From contig JANJGN010000006.1 in the NCBI GenBank assembly GCA_026770705.1, forward strand, positions 60,202,001-60,266,000: 64,000 nucleotides of DNA, given 5' to 3'. Under the pieces are notes generated by a model. It saw only the letters and a list, made by a program, of their open reading frames with translations, ran no database searches and was not told the DNA's origin. Source of the DNA: Isurus oxyrinchus (Eukaryota). Both the position numbers and the translations under genes were made by a program. This document shows positions 25,411 to 37,796 of this stretch, piece after piece. How positions within the stretch are numbered: position 1 is the first letter of the stretch; each line of letters starts with the position of its first letter.

Positions 25411-26592
25411 AAAGGGGATTGTGGCCTCCACTGAGGCACCTTCTCTGAGGAGTAAAAGAGGGCTAGAAGGGGGAAGAGGCCAGCTGTCCCTATTCAGCTT
25501 GCAGGAAAGACACCTGTGGGAGGAGAGGCACAGGCACAAGGGGTGCAGGTCCAACAGGAAGGCCAAGGTGGAAGGGGCATCAGAAGATGCCACTATCCTG
25601 CTGCGATGCAGCTACCTCAATATGTCTGAGGTGCAATGCTGAAGGAGGCTTCGTGTCTCAAGGGAGACAATGACCTCCATCTGTCAGAGGATTGGACCTG
25701 AGATCAGCTCTGACAATGTGGGTGGACACCCAATGCCAGTGGATCTGAACGTCACAGTGGTCCTAAAGGTCTATGCCTCCGGCTCTTCCCAGGGCCCAGT
25801 GGGAGATCTGCATGGATTCTCCCAATCAACTGTCCACAGTTGCGTCAAACCGGTGACAGACACTTTGTTCAGGCGTGCATTGACTTTCATTCGTTACTGT
25901 ACAGACAAGGCCAGCCAGGCTGAGCGAGCCAGAGGCTTTGCAGCAATTACTGGCTTCCCCCGCGTCCAGGGTGCAATCAAATGCACACATTTGACCATCA
26001 AGACACTAGCTGGTGAGTCAGAAGCCTTCATCAATAGCTTCCACTGCATGAACGTGCAGATAGTCTGTGACCATAGGATGCAGATTCTGCAAGTCTGTGC
26101 AAGTTACCCTGGCAGCTCCCATGACGCTTACGTACTGAGATACTCCCAGGTGCTGAAGCTCTTCAATGCGCCAGCCTGGCTAGATGGATGGCTGCTGGGT
26201 GACAAGAGCTATCTGCCACCCAAGAACAGAGGCCGAGCAGCAGCACAACAGGAGCCATGCCTCCACAAGGGCGGTGGTAGAGAGAACCATCGGTCATCTC
26301 AAGATGCACTTGCAATTCCTGGACTGTACAGGGGCTGCACTACAATACCCCCAGATTGTGTGTCACTGATAGTGGTTGCATGCTGCGCTCTGACAATCTG
26401 GCACTGGAAAATGGGGATGCAGTGAATGAAGAAGATCTTGACACAGCTGCACAGGTAACAGACAATGAGTCCAGTCGTGAGTACGAGGATGAGCACGCTC
26501 AGGAGAATGCTGAGGGCATAGATGCACATCTGAGAAATCTCCATGCAGGCAGGGACACCCGGGAAGCTTTGATCCAACACTCCTTCAGCTAG
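25411..26592 (+). pseudogene. Harbinger DDE transposase (HARBI1-like), frameshifted
   Basis: GFPRVQGAIKCTH (first catalytic D lost), MNVQIVCD, YPGSSHDAYVL, LLGDKSY, RAVVERTIGHLK. Internal stops and frameshifts. The start position is approximate. Confidence 0.85.
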
Positions 26593-26818
26593 CCCACCAA
26601 GTAAGAACCACCACCACACGCCAGGGCTGCAGGCTCCATATTCAGCCCCTAACAGGACCAATTCCTGGGTCAACAACATACACTATGTGCCACTGCAATA
26701 AGATTGAAGGAGTCACACATCCATCATTACAACATGGCTTATCTTGCACCTACAGAACAAATGAAACATCCGAAGGCCAGTTGCAAAAAAAAATGGGGGA
26801 AACAAATATCGTCCATGA

Positions 26819-28607
26819 TCAGGCTGTGTTATGCTTAAGGTGCTTTAAGTTTTCGCTTGTGGGTGCTCCGTCTAGGTGCTCCCCCTCCCTGGCATCGAGA
26901 TTGGAGACAGCCTGGTCACTCTGCAGTCCTGTTGGCCTTGATGACCTTGTCGGGCATCCTCTGGCCTGTGAAGCCTGTGCTGACCGTACCTGGGAGGGAA
27001 CGGCCAGTGCCATGGCTGGCATCTCCCCAGTCGCCGCAGCCTCTTTAGATGCCACAGTCACTGGCAGTGAGGCAGAAGAGCTGCTGCCATCATCCAGAGC
27101 GCCCTGAGAGGAGCCCGCAGTGAATACAGGCAGCTTATGCGCCAACATTAGGTGGCTCTGGACCTCACTGCTCACCATTGATGGACGGACACCTAGCTGG
27201 GATACTGGGTGCCTAATCCATCTCCCACAGTGACACTGACCAGCTGAGGTCATTGCTTTTGTGAGGCCCTACAGGTCCCAGTGCATCCCCAGGAACCCTT
27301 GATTGAGCCCTGGAGGAGCCTCTCCATGAGAGTCACCCCTCTCTCCATGGAGGAGGCATTGTTCTCAGCCATGAGAGTTAATGCAGTGTTTATGCTGCAC
27401 ATGGACTCCCCACAATGGAGACCATGGTATGCAAACCCTCATTTGTCTCTGTCTGATCCTCCCGCACACCCTGCTGGACGTCCAGCAGCTGCTGCCTCAG
27501 GTACACCTCCAGAGGCCCATCATCAGCCATCGCCTGAGCACTGTCCTGTTCCCCAGCAGTCCTCCAACTGCCGGCACCCTGGGCATTCTCTGCCTCCGCC
27601 TGCACCTTAAGCGAGTGTGAAGTGCCCTCACCAATGTACAGTGAGATACTAGATGCCGATCTTATGAGGTGCTGGTATCTGTGCTAGTGCCTGCTTCACA
27701 GAGAGGGTGTGACGCTGGTGCGTGCTCAGCATGCTGGTCCTCAGAGGTCAGGGGTGGGCCTTCAGGCTTCTCACAACAAGGAGCGGCTGGTGAGCCTAAA
27801 AGGGAGAAGAAGTCATTAGACAGTCAGTATGCATGCCTGGCGCCCTGATGAGATAGAGATCTGCATCATTGTGCCCTCGTCTTTCCATTATCAATGGGCA
27901 TTCCAGGTTCAACACACATCAATATACAGACTACACTGCAAAGGCTGCAAGAAGCCACATTCTCACCTCAGTGCACTGCACTCTTACCTCCCTCTGGCAC
28001 CCCAACCTCACCACGGCCGCTCGACCAAGGTGAATGGTACCTCTCCAGCTCCAGGGCCCCCTGCTCATATCTACTGAGGATGAGGAGGTGTGGGGGTCCC
28101 GCTGCAGTCTGTGACCTCTCTGCATTGTTATGGGATGTTTTCTCCTGGAAGGATAGAGGAGCATTGATTAGTTCCCCCTCTACCTGCAGCGCCATTGCAG
28201 CCTGGCCAATCCCACCTGAGGAACACCTCGCAGGGCTCAGCCATTCGTGACCCTGGAGCTGCAAGGCACTCAGTTCAAGCAGCCAGGGCTCACTCCCTTG
28301 GCCAGATCCTGCCTCATTGACATTTGCCACTCACATTGTAACACCTCTGAGGTTCAAAGGGTGATGGGCAGCTCTTAACTGTTCTACGAAGTGACCCATG
28401 CCAACACGGTACTTACCCTTCCCGATCGCGGGAGATTGTTAAGCACTTCTGGCACGGGACCCATGTGCGCCTCACCACGTCATGGCAGCTGACCCTGGAT
28501 GCCACCTCCTCCAGGAGGGCAGTGAGGCACTCATCCGAAAAATGCGGGGCCGACTGCCCCGCCGACCTGCCCTCCTGCCTGCTGCGTCCACCCGCTGCGA
28601 CATCCAT
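26819..28607 (-). pseudogene. Harbinger Myb/SANT-like DNA-binding protein, three exons (28607-28417, 28144-27988, 27795-26819)
   Basis: APHFSDECLTALLEEV; donor GTAAGT at 28416; acceptor ttccAG at 28145; EKTSHNNAERSQTAAGPP; donor GTAAGA at 27987; acceptor ttttAG at 27796. Confidence 0.75.
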
Positions 28608-30289
28608 GCGCACAGCTTCTGCATCCTTCGGAGGCAGCCTTCCAAGGGCTGCTGAGGCTGCATTTGAATCGGCTACCGGATCACGATTGGACCTGGCGGA
28701 CATTAAGCTTCCGCCCTCCCCTTTGCCCTCATTGAAAGGCCACGTCCCACTCTGGATGGGCCTTAATTTGCGATGCGCTGCCGATCGCGGGCGGTGGTTG
28801 GCTTCCCAATGCCCCCTGCCGAGCCTGCACGCCAAGGGTAAAATTCTGCCCATCCTGTGGAGAGAAAACTGGCAAAGGAGGTAACTGCTTCCTGCAAAGC
28901 CCTAATGTTTTGTGCCTCATTGTCATGCAAAAGGGCTTCATTTTCCCCATCAGCCCCCTAGTGTACCAAGTCAGGTGAGAGTTGAAATAGAAGGGCATAC
29001 AAAGAGATGCTTGTAGTATCGATTCTTGCCACTCAGTTCCTAGGCACTAGCGTGCTCCTTCGAGCTCCACAAAAATAAATTCAGACTTTCATTCTGCGCT
29101 TCTCTTGAGCTAGATGCACAAGAGCTACATGCTCTGCCCAGGCTGAGTCCTAAAATGGCAACTGGGATCTTTTGAACACGCACAGAGAGCACATCATGGG
29201 AAGTTGTGGGCATGCAGAACGTGATTTTCTACCACTAAAGAACTGGGCTGCAATTAGAACATAGCTCCCCACTGGAAGTGGAAGATCACAGAATCATCTT
29301 ACTCTGAGCGTCGATGCAAATGATTAGCTGCTGGATTACTTCATACCATTAATGGGCAATAATTGTGAAACCATTGCAACGGGTTTCTGTAAAGCAGATA
29401 ATTTGTAGCTGGCTATTGTAAAACTTTGGTGTGGCTAGTACATTTAAAGTTTCAAGTTGATAAATTGAAAAGGAGAATTAGTTCCCAGAAGGAGTCACAA
29501 TAAACCATATTCATTCAACAAGAAAGGTCACTTTTCCAGGAAAGCTTGACAGGATTAGCGATACAGAAATCAGTAATATTTTCATTCTTAGCAATCATGA
29601 AGCATGTTTTTAGTTTAAAACCTGTGAGATACATTGTTACAGCCTTATTTCTCAAACCCAGAGGTTTGCACTACTCAACTAATTAATCAGATTAAACATA
29701 ATTTTATAGCTTATAGTGGTCGAAGTTGACTATTTGTGACAAGTTTCTGGAGAAAATCCCGTACGTTGGCTCGAACATTCAGTTGCATTTTTTTGGCTGC
29801 GCAGGAGTACAGGGCTCTTTATCAGAATGGCAAAACACAAATAATTAAAATTGTTTTCAAAATCATCTTGTTGTTTTTGAAGATAGTGAACTTCTGTTTA
29901 AGACATGGATCAGTTACATCACTGCAAGCCAGGTATAGAACCCCCGTTCTGGTCAGCCTGTTTCATATCTGGCTCCTTTAGAAGTTGATGATAAGTGTAT
30001 TTTGTGCAGTTGGTTATTGATGTGAGCTATAGAGTTGGTTACTGTTGCACGAGATTGTGACCTTGCCCTCAACCCCGACAATCCTTACATAAAGTGATTT
30101 CCTCCTTTCCAGATGTGCTGGAGGTATCGTGGTACAGTAAGTGTATGAAAAGGGAGGGAAATTAAGTTGAATCATCTTAGCACACACTTTGTGGGCCCCT
30201 GAATTAAAAAAAAATACACCTCTCATTTAGGGATAGAATGAATGTTTTGCGCACAATACTTAAAAATAGTCTCTAACAAACCCAGTTTG

Positions 30290-30500
30290 AGCTAAAAATA
30301 AAACCGGTCCCCCACCCACAATAATTTCTAAAATAAACGTCATCTCCCACTCTATCTCTAAACTAAATGTCATCTCCCACAACTACCTCTAAAATAAATA
30401 AACATATTTTCCCCCTCCACACAGCTATCTAAAACCTTTCATCCACCGTTTGCTTGAAATGGATCTCTCATCACTCTCTTTCCAGCCAGCTAAAATAAAT
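30290..30500. repeat. Degenerate minisatellite, unit about 30 bp
   Basis: tctaaaataaacgtcatctcccactctatc / tctaaactaaatgtcatctcccacaactacc / tctaaaataaat. Confidence 0.6.
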
Positions 30501-30921
30501 CGTCCAACCACAAGTAAGTTTCTTCTAGCTTCCATAGGATTCAGTACTTAGTGTTGTACGATTTGGCTCAAAGCAAAGAAAAACTTAGAACATGGGGTCA
30601 AAAGCATACAATGCAAGGGCATAGGTTAAAACAACTATTTTGAATTAATTTGACGTCCGCAATAAAGGAACTTGGAAGAATTTGGATCATTTTGAGCTTG
30701 TGTCTGTGCCTGTTGAGGCAAAGCTGACACTCTGCAGATTCTTCCAGGCATCTTTGTCCTAAAAGGAACTGCATCAACATCTTCAGGATTATGGTCAACT
30801 GTTAGCTGAAAATTTACTAGTAAAATTTAATGGTAAAATGAAGTTGACTATGTGCAAGCAAGAAGATGGCTGTGTTGGTCGTAATCTTTGTGTTGGTGCA
30901 CAGGCTTTTGCTACAGAAATG

Positions 30922-31648
30922 GGACTTGAATTTTAGCGCCTTCCAGGGGTGGGAAAGTGGAAGTGGGTAGGTGCAGAATTTAATGTCGCTAGCCTGCATG
31001 CCACTTACATCGTCTTCACCCCCAATTCATTTTCCCAAAGGTGGGATGGTGTTCGGCAGGGCTACCAGCCCACATGCAGTGGGTAGCCTATTACATCACT
31101 TAAAGGCCAATTAAGACTTGTTTACAGAGTATAACTGGGATTTTCCAGTTGGCCTCCAGCACCCTGCAGGTGGCAAAGGATGGTTTAGCTGTCTAGAGGT
31201 GGCCTCAGGGCAGGAGACCAAGGGGCCAGGGCTCCAGACAGGCCCAGAGGTCTTCCCTGCCTGCCTGGATGCAGCAGGAACAGTTGGCCATCCTATGACT
31301 AGATCCCTTGCACACAGTGGTGGACTGGCTTTAAAGGCCATTTTTCATTTTAAATTTCAAACAGTTAGTTAGGGGCAGGGGGGGCATCTCCGTTTTTGGG
31401 ATAACTTCTCTCTCACGAACCTGCCGTGACATTCTGCTGCTGCTTTTAAGCAGGAAAGACTCCTACTGGTTCTCCAGTTTTGACAGCTTGCCTGTCATCC
31501 ATAATTGGATAGCAAGCCCATCATTGACCACTAATTTAATAAATCAGGGAAAATCACAAAGAGTAACTGATTCCTACACAGTGCGGACTTTTGACCCCCA
31601 TTTGAGTCTGACAACAGGGTTCAGAAGCCCATGGCCGAAATCTTGCAC
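30922..31648. mobile_element. Old Harbinger-like MITE
   Basis: Starts ggacttgaatttt, contains ttaaaggccaattaa motifs and ends gaaatcttgcac. TIR and TSD are degraded. Confidence 0.4.
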
Positions 31649-31811
31649 TTGGGGTCTGAAAGCTACAGCATGTGGGCACCTAGAGACCTGAATACAAATT
31701 GGTCTAGGTCAACATTTATTTTTATTGTGGACTGGAAATTCACTCAAATCAAGAATTCTACAGTCTAGTTTTGCTCTCTACTCCCTATTCTAAACCTGTT
31801 TCTACATGAAA

Positions 31812-32000
31812 GTAGAAAAGAAACCAAAAGTGCTGGAATAACTGAGGGTTGATTAGTGTCTGCAAAAGAAAGACAAGTTTTCAAATATCACTACCAAAAT
31901 TGATTCTGATAAAGGTTCACACCTGAAATGTTAACCTATCCTTCAGACTTTGACAGACTAATTTCCAGCATTTTCTGGTTTCATTATCAGGTTTCACAAT
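31812..32000. mobile_element. Head-to-head pair of Penelope-type tails with hammerhead relic
   Basis: Arms aaaagtgctggaa / ttccagcatttt. Core CTGATAA AGGT tcac ACCT GAAAT GTT at 31906-31932. Confidence 0.55.
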
Positions 32001-33035
32001 TTTTCCTTTACCTCAGCATACAGAGGCATGGGTTGCTTTTGAGTCACTCTTGAGTAATGGATTAGGCTTTTCCCCAAAAGGTGTCACGTTGCACTTACCT
32101 AGGGAATTGGGAGGCTTGGAAAACTGTAACTGTTGATATTTCTTAAGTATTTTAGTGAGCTGCTTAGAGTTATTGAATTAATGGGTAAGATTCGAAATCT
32201 ACTCATAATAAAATGTACTTCTTTCCCACCATCACAGTAAATATTTAGCTTTCAACAATGTTTTAAATAGTCTCTAACACGTGGTTGCTGACTCACTACT
32301 CGGTTTGTTTCTCTATTATTCATGCTGTACCTAAGTTCACATCTGAGCATTTCATAACTGTTTGTGAGTATTATAAATTGGTCAATTTAAAATGGGTGAT
32401 TCAATTGGTTGGGCAGTGGACACTAATTCCTATTATATATAGGTGATACTCAAACTTCATTTTAACCGTGCATGTTCTTAAACTTACTGCCTAGTGTGGA
32501 AGTCTGTCTCCTTCTCGTATGCTGTAGAGGCATACAGACTCTATGTGGAAATATGGCAGCCTTAAGATCAGCAAAGTAGTCCTAGTGCTTTGCTGTTTAA
32601 TCTTCTCCTGTTTCCTCTTGTTCCACCTCAAAAGCTGCATGTTCCCACATCCTTCAACTATGTGAAAGGTTGAGAATGAATTCATTTCTGATCGTCTAAA
32701 TCTGAACCATGTGCACAAGCTGCCTTCCAAAATTGTAAACCTTGATTGACAGATGCGACCTTACAAATCTTGGAGAAAGGAAGAATTATGGTGTGATGAA
32801 ACATTATAGCAAATCAGTTGAGAAAGAAGAAATCACAATTAGTTCAAAAGACAAGAATGCGTTTTCTATACAGAATTACTAAGAAATGCTTGTATACAAA
32901 AATGTGTGAGTTTCACAGCATAGTTATCTGGTGTAGACAAGAGTATGCATAGAATTGATGGGAGGATCCTATATTATATCTTGATTATGATAAATACAGA
33001 CTTTCTTTTTATCTATGCAGCATGTAGAAATAGAT

Positions 33036-33144
33036 AACAAAACAAAAACAGAATTACCTGGAAAAACTCAGCAGGTCTGGCAGCATCGGCGGAGAAGAAA
33101 AGAGTTGACGTTTCAAAGTCCTCATGACCCTTCGACAGAACTAG
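33036..33144 (-). mobile_element. 109-bp Penelope-type insertion with 14-bp TSD
   Basis: ATGTAGAAATAGAT at 33022-33035 and 33145-33158. Nearly identical to 9613-9710. Confidence 0.88.
33103..33142 (-). ncRNA. Minimal hammerhead ribozyme-like motif (CUGUCGA core)
   Basis: Reverse complement AGTT CTGTCGA a GGGTC atgag GACTT t GAAAC GTC AACT, with helix I AGTT/AACT. Confidence 0.6.
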
Positions 33145-33803
33145 ATGTAGAAATAGATGGCTGTCAGTGAACAGCGTGGCAGTAATTCAACGAGGCTTTT
33201 CATTTGGCATCTTAACCCAAGTGGGAGAATCTTGAACTATAGTGCATGTATTCTCCATTCTTTATCTAAATGAAATACAAAGCCCTAATTTACATTAAGG
33301 CTTCAGATGGCATTGTGAACTATCCAAGCTTCATTACCCTGTACTGACCTTGAGATTAGATCATTGTCTTAAATTCAGTCAGTGGTGTTATTGTTTGTAC
33401 TGGAAATAGCATATGGTGTATTTTGTTTAGGTGACTTACATAATTTTGTGGTGCAATGTGCAGATCAGTTTAAGATGTTGATATCTGATTCATGATGGCA
33501 TCTTACATGATAGGACCATCAGCATTTCAAGGGTGATTTTGAATAGTCAAGCGGGAAGAATTATGCTGTCAGTGTCCAGTAATACAGTAAAATTATATGT
33601 ATTTTCTGCCTTGTTTTAGGGAATGGCCCATCATATTTCAAAAGACTCATTGTAACAACAATAATACAAAATAATGGCCTGAAAGGGGAAATTTCCAGGG
33701 GTTGCCTTTCCAGCTTTGTTGATCCTTATGGGCATCACATGGAGGGAAAGGAAAAATGAATCTGAAGAAGAACCAGCCAGAGTAGTTGATAATCACAGAT
33801 GTT

Positions 33804-34505
33804 GTGTGGAACTTAATACCTCCCAGCCAAGCTGGCAGTGAGTTTGGCGCGGGGGGCATTTAATTAGGCAAGAGGGTGCGGGTTGGGGATCCCACTACCT
33901 TTGCACCTCCACCTGATTAAGTCTGGGATGAGAAGGCTTGTGGACTCATTGAGACCCTTAAGTGGGCAATTAATGCCCACTTAAGGGTCTCACCCACTGC
34001 CATTGGGATTCAACCAGCAGCGGGCAGGGGAAGTCACCAAGCAGGGAACTTAAAAAGCAGAACGCTTCTAAGAAGGGGTCCCTCATTGTCAGATACTCAG
34101 TGCCTGATCGAGGGACCTGGCATCAGGTAGGGGTGTCCTGCTGAGAGCACCTCCCTGCCCTTTCTGCTGACCCCTCTCACCCCTTCTACCGTGACCCCCA
34201 TCCCACCCTCACACACCTTCAGCCTGGGATTCATCGTTGAATCTGGGATGCTGGTGGGTGCATTGCCAGCAGTTGCCACTACTCCCAGTGGCACTGACAG
34301 CAATGGAGAATTATTGACCTCTGATTGGCAACTCTCAAAGGGTGTGAATTCTGTCCCAGGGACCCTTAACCCTGAGGAAGACCCACAATGGCCACTTAAT
34401 TGCCTGATGGGCATATAATTCTGGCAGGCCTTTCCCAAGGGAGGTGATATGCCACTCCCACCAGTTCTCCAGCTGGCAGGTGAGACCCCTATCACAAATT
34501 CCGTC
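33804..34505. mobile_element. Old Harbinger-like MITE
   Basis: GC-rich island with cttaagtgggcaattaatgcccacttaag and ggccacttaattg motifs and degraded termini. Confidence 0.4.
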
Positions 34506-34751
34506 AATAATGTCCATAAGCCTACCAAACTGTAGAAGATATTTGAAGACTTCCCTATGATAATGTTTCTTCAGAAATAATGAGCACAGTAAATGTTCAA
34601 GTAACCATAAATGATGAGCATTGCATCTTTGATAAATTATTCACAAAGGATTCACTTTATGAATCAGACAAGTTATTCTTTTTTACTCGTAATGCTCATA
34701 TTCATTAGTAACTTAAGATTACGATCAAATTTTAAAGTAATGGGTGCCACA

Positions 34752-35682
34752 GTGACCTTCCCTCCATCATAAGGTCAGAAGTGCGGATGTTCGCTAATGA
34801 TTGCACAATGTTCAGCACCATTTGTAACTTCTGAGATACTGAAGCAGTCCATGTCCAAATGCAGCAAGATCTGGACAATATCCAGGCTTTGGCTGACAAG
34901 TGGCAAGTCACATTTGTGCCACACACGTGTCAGGCAATGCCCATCCCCTTCAAGAGAAAACATAACCATCGCCCCTTGACATTCAATGGCATTACTATCA
35001 CTGAATCCCCTACTATCAACATCCACTATCAACATTGACCAGAAACTGAACTGGACTAGCCAGATAAATACTGTGGCTACAAAAGCAGGTCAGAGGCTGG
35101 GAATCCTGCGCAAGTAACTCACCTCCTGACTCCCCAAATCCTGTCCACCATCTACAAGGCGCAAGTCAGAAGTGTGACGGAATACTCTCCGCTTGCCTGG
35201 ATGAGTGCAGCTCCAACAACACTCAAGCTTGACACCATCCAGGACAAAGCAGCCTGCTTGATTGGCATCCCATCCACAAACATTCAGTCCCTCCACCACT
35301 GACGAACAGTGGCAGCAGTGTGTACCATCTACAAGATGCACTGCAGAAACTCACCAAGGGTCTTTCAACAGCACCTTCCAAACCCATGACCACTACCATT
35401 TAGGAGGAAGGGCAGCAGATCAATGGGAACACCACCACCTGGAAGTTCCCCTCCAAGCCATTCATCATCCTGACTTGGAAATATATCACTGTTCCTTCAC
35501 TGTTGCTGGGTCAAAATCCTGGAACTCCGCACCTAAGAGCACTGTGGGTGTACCTACACAACATGGATTGCAGCAGTTCAAGAAGGCAGCTCACCAGTAC
35601 CTTCTCAAGGGCAATTAGGAATGGGCAATAAGTGCTAGCCTGGCCATTGACGTTGGCATCCCATAAAATGAATTTAAAAAAA
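34752..35682 (+). mobile_element. LINE family B 3' fragment
   Basis: MFANDCTMFS RT motif through the 3' UTR to an A-rich tail. Reverse complement of the 5835-6770 type. Confidence 0.88.
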
Positions 35683-35844
35683 CAATTGTCTTGGTCTTTC
35701 ATATTCCTTTTATTAATTTCAATAACAATATCAAGTGATCATACAAATTAAGATAAAAGGTATTGATGTGTGTATCTAGGAAAAAACAGCAAGCAATGGA
35801 ATAAAAAGAAATGTGTCCACAAAGTCATGATGGTAATACTATTC

Positions 35845-36176
35845 ATTCATGGAATTTGCCAACATTTATTGCCCATCCTAATTGCCCTTTGTTCTTGTGA
35901 GCATCACTGACATTCAGGTGACTGGAAGACTGTGTGTCTTAGAGTGGAACTGCGGGTGGTGGTATTCCAGTGGGGTTCTGCAGGACTCAACGATAGTGAA
36001 AGAACAGCGATATATTTTTGGTGAACCGCCTTCTTGAATAATACTAAGTGGTTTGCTAGATTATGTCAGGAGGCATTTAAGGTGCAACTGTGCTGTGGAT
36101 CTGATATCACCACATACAAGCCAGATCCAGTAAGGATGGCAGATTTCCTTCCCTAAAAGATATCAGTGGACCAATA
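35845..36176 (-). mobile_element. SINE-sized derivative of LINE B (central domain plus LINE B tail), interrupted by a 132-bp insert
   Basis: LINE B tail (atttattgcccatcctaattgccctt...gccttcttgaa) joined directly to the domain seen at 54135-54262. Confidence 0.6.
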
Positions 36177-36605
36177 TGAACTGTCATTCTTCTTCCCCCA
36201 ATTTCCCCAGTTCTCAGCTAGTGCCCATTGCCATCATATTTTCTCAGGTTTTCCAAGTCCCAGAGATCTTCAAAAGCTCCAATTGCTTTGTCTAATGAGA
36301 ACCGTTCACTAACTAGAGTTAATTTTTCTTCATGATCAGTGTTGCAATGTGCAGTTTGATCAGAGTTGCCATTGATAGGACCAGCTGATATGTTCATTCA
36401 GATATCATTTCATCGCTGTCACTGGGTCAAAGTCCCAGAATTCCCTCCTAGCATCATTGAGGCACAGTGCTTAAAAATATATTGCTGCTCCTTCAATGTA
36501 GCTGAGTCCTGCGGAACCCCACTGGAACACCACCACCTGCAAGTTCCCCTCCAAGCTACACAGACTTCCAGTCACCTGAATGCCAGTGTTGCTTACATAT
36601 ACAAA
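35888..36605. repeat. Local inverted repeat, arms 35888-36019 and 36473-36605
   Basis: About 22 differences in about 133 aligned positions (about 83%) by eye. Confidence 0.8.
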
Positions 36606-36721
36606 TAAAAAATTAAGAAGCATAGTTCCATTTGGCAGATTGGTCAGAAAAGTAATGGTCCATGAGATCCAAGGGTGAGCTGAAAAGAAAGTTATCTTAG
36701 TGGCTAGAAGCAAAGGGGAAT

Positions 36722-37345
36722 GCTACAGATTTGGAAGGTGCTGTCACAGGAACCCTAGTGTGATGCCACAGTATTTCTTATAGATTGCACAAAATGCTGC
36801 CATTCTTCATCAGTGGCTGGAGGAATGAATATTTAAGGTGATGGATACAGTGCCAGTTAAGCAGGCTGCTTTGTCCTGAATGATATGGATCTTCTTGAGT
36901 GTTGTTGGAGCTGCATTCCAGGCAAGTGGCATGAATTCCATCACATTCTTGACTTATACCTTGTACATGGCGGACAGGCTTTTGGGAGTCAAGAGGTGAA
37001 TTACTCACCACAGAGTTCCCAGCCTCTGATCTGCTCTTGTAGCCATGGTATTTATATGGCTGGTCCAATTAAGGTTTTGGTCAATGGTAACCCCCAGGAT
37101 CTTGTCTGGAGTCACATATAGGCCAAACTGGGGCAGGGTGGCGGGTTCGTTTCCCTAAAAAAAAACAGATGCTTCTACAACATTCCAGCAGTTTCCTGGT
37201 CACCATTATTGATATTTACTTCCTTTTATTCTAGATTTATTTAATTAATTGAATTCAATTCCCAAGTTGCCATGGTGGATGTGATCTTGGTGTTTCTAGA
37301 TCATTGGTCCAGACTAGTCCAGTAACATAGCCACGATGCCACCAT
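36722..37345 (-). mobile_element. Internally deleted LINE B (tRNA-like head joined to RT C-terminal part)
   Basis: 36722-37100 matches LINE B. 37100-37345 matches the head at 54185-54409 in the same orientation. Confidence 0.65.
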
Positions 37346-37414
37346 ATCTATCACAATACTGGAATTCTGGTGCATGCCTAGCGTCTTATCTGTCATCTTA
37401 ATAAATAAGAAATA

Positions 37415-37796
37415 AGCTGGGATTGCATAATGCTTATCACATCCTTGGGATGTCCCACAGCATTCACAGCCGAAGTAATTGTTTTTGCAATTTCAGCCAA
37501 TTTTCACATTGCGAAGTGATCCATGACCAGATAATCTAATTTAGTGCTATTGCTTAAGGGATAAGGGTTGGCGAGGACACCAGGTGAAACTCTATGATCA
37601 TCTTCAAATTGTGCCGAGGGATCTTTTATGCCTACCCAAGCAGGCAGACAGCACCTCATCTGAAAGACTGAACTTTCAACAACGCAATATTCCCACAGCA
37701 CTGTCCTGATTATTTACTTAAATCTCTGGAGTGGAGATTGAATCTACACCCTTCTTATTCAGTGGTGATTGTGCTACCACAGAGCTAAGGCTGACT
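37415..37796 (-). mobile_element. DeuSINE-like tRNA SINE
   Basis: ggcgaggacaccagg...gggatctttta...ctggagtggagattgaatc...ctaaggctgac is collinear with the 12829 copy. Confidence 0.65.

Larger units (their letters stand above)
24936..28851. mobile_element. Full-length (3.9 kb) inactivated Harbinger DNA transposon
   Basis: TIRs gcgcagaattttacccttggcatgc and (rc) gggcagaattttacccttggcgtgc match at 23/25. TSD ATC at 24933-35 and 28852-54. Carries two convergent genes. Confidence 0.9.

Noticed and set aside
25411-28607. Domesticated HARBI1 or NAIF1/MSANTD host genes
   Set aside because: Stops, frameshifts, a lost catalytic Asp and flanking TIR/TSD indicate a dead transposon.
28990-29300. Possible additional MITE (also 2815-3280 and 58940-59470)
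   Set aside because: The composition is suggestive but I could not define TIRs, TSDs or a second copy.
30290-30500. CRISPR-like array
   Set aside because: Degenerate tandem units without unique spacers, no cas genes, and eukaryotic context.
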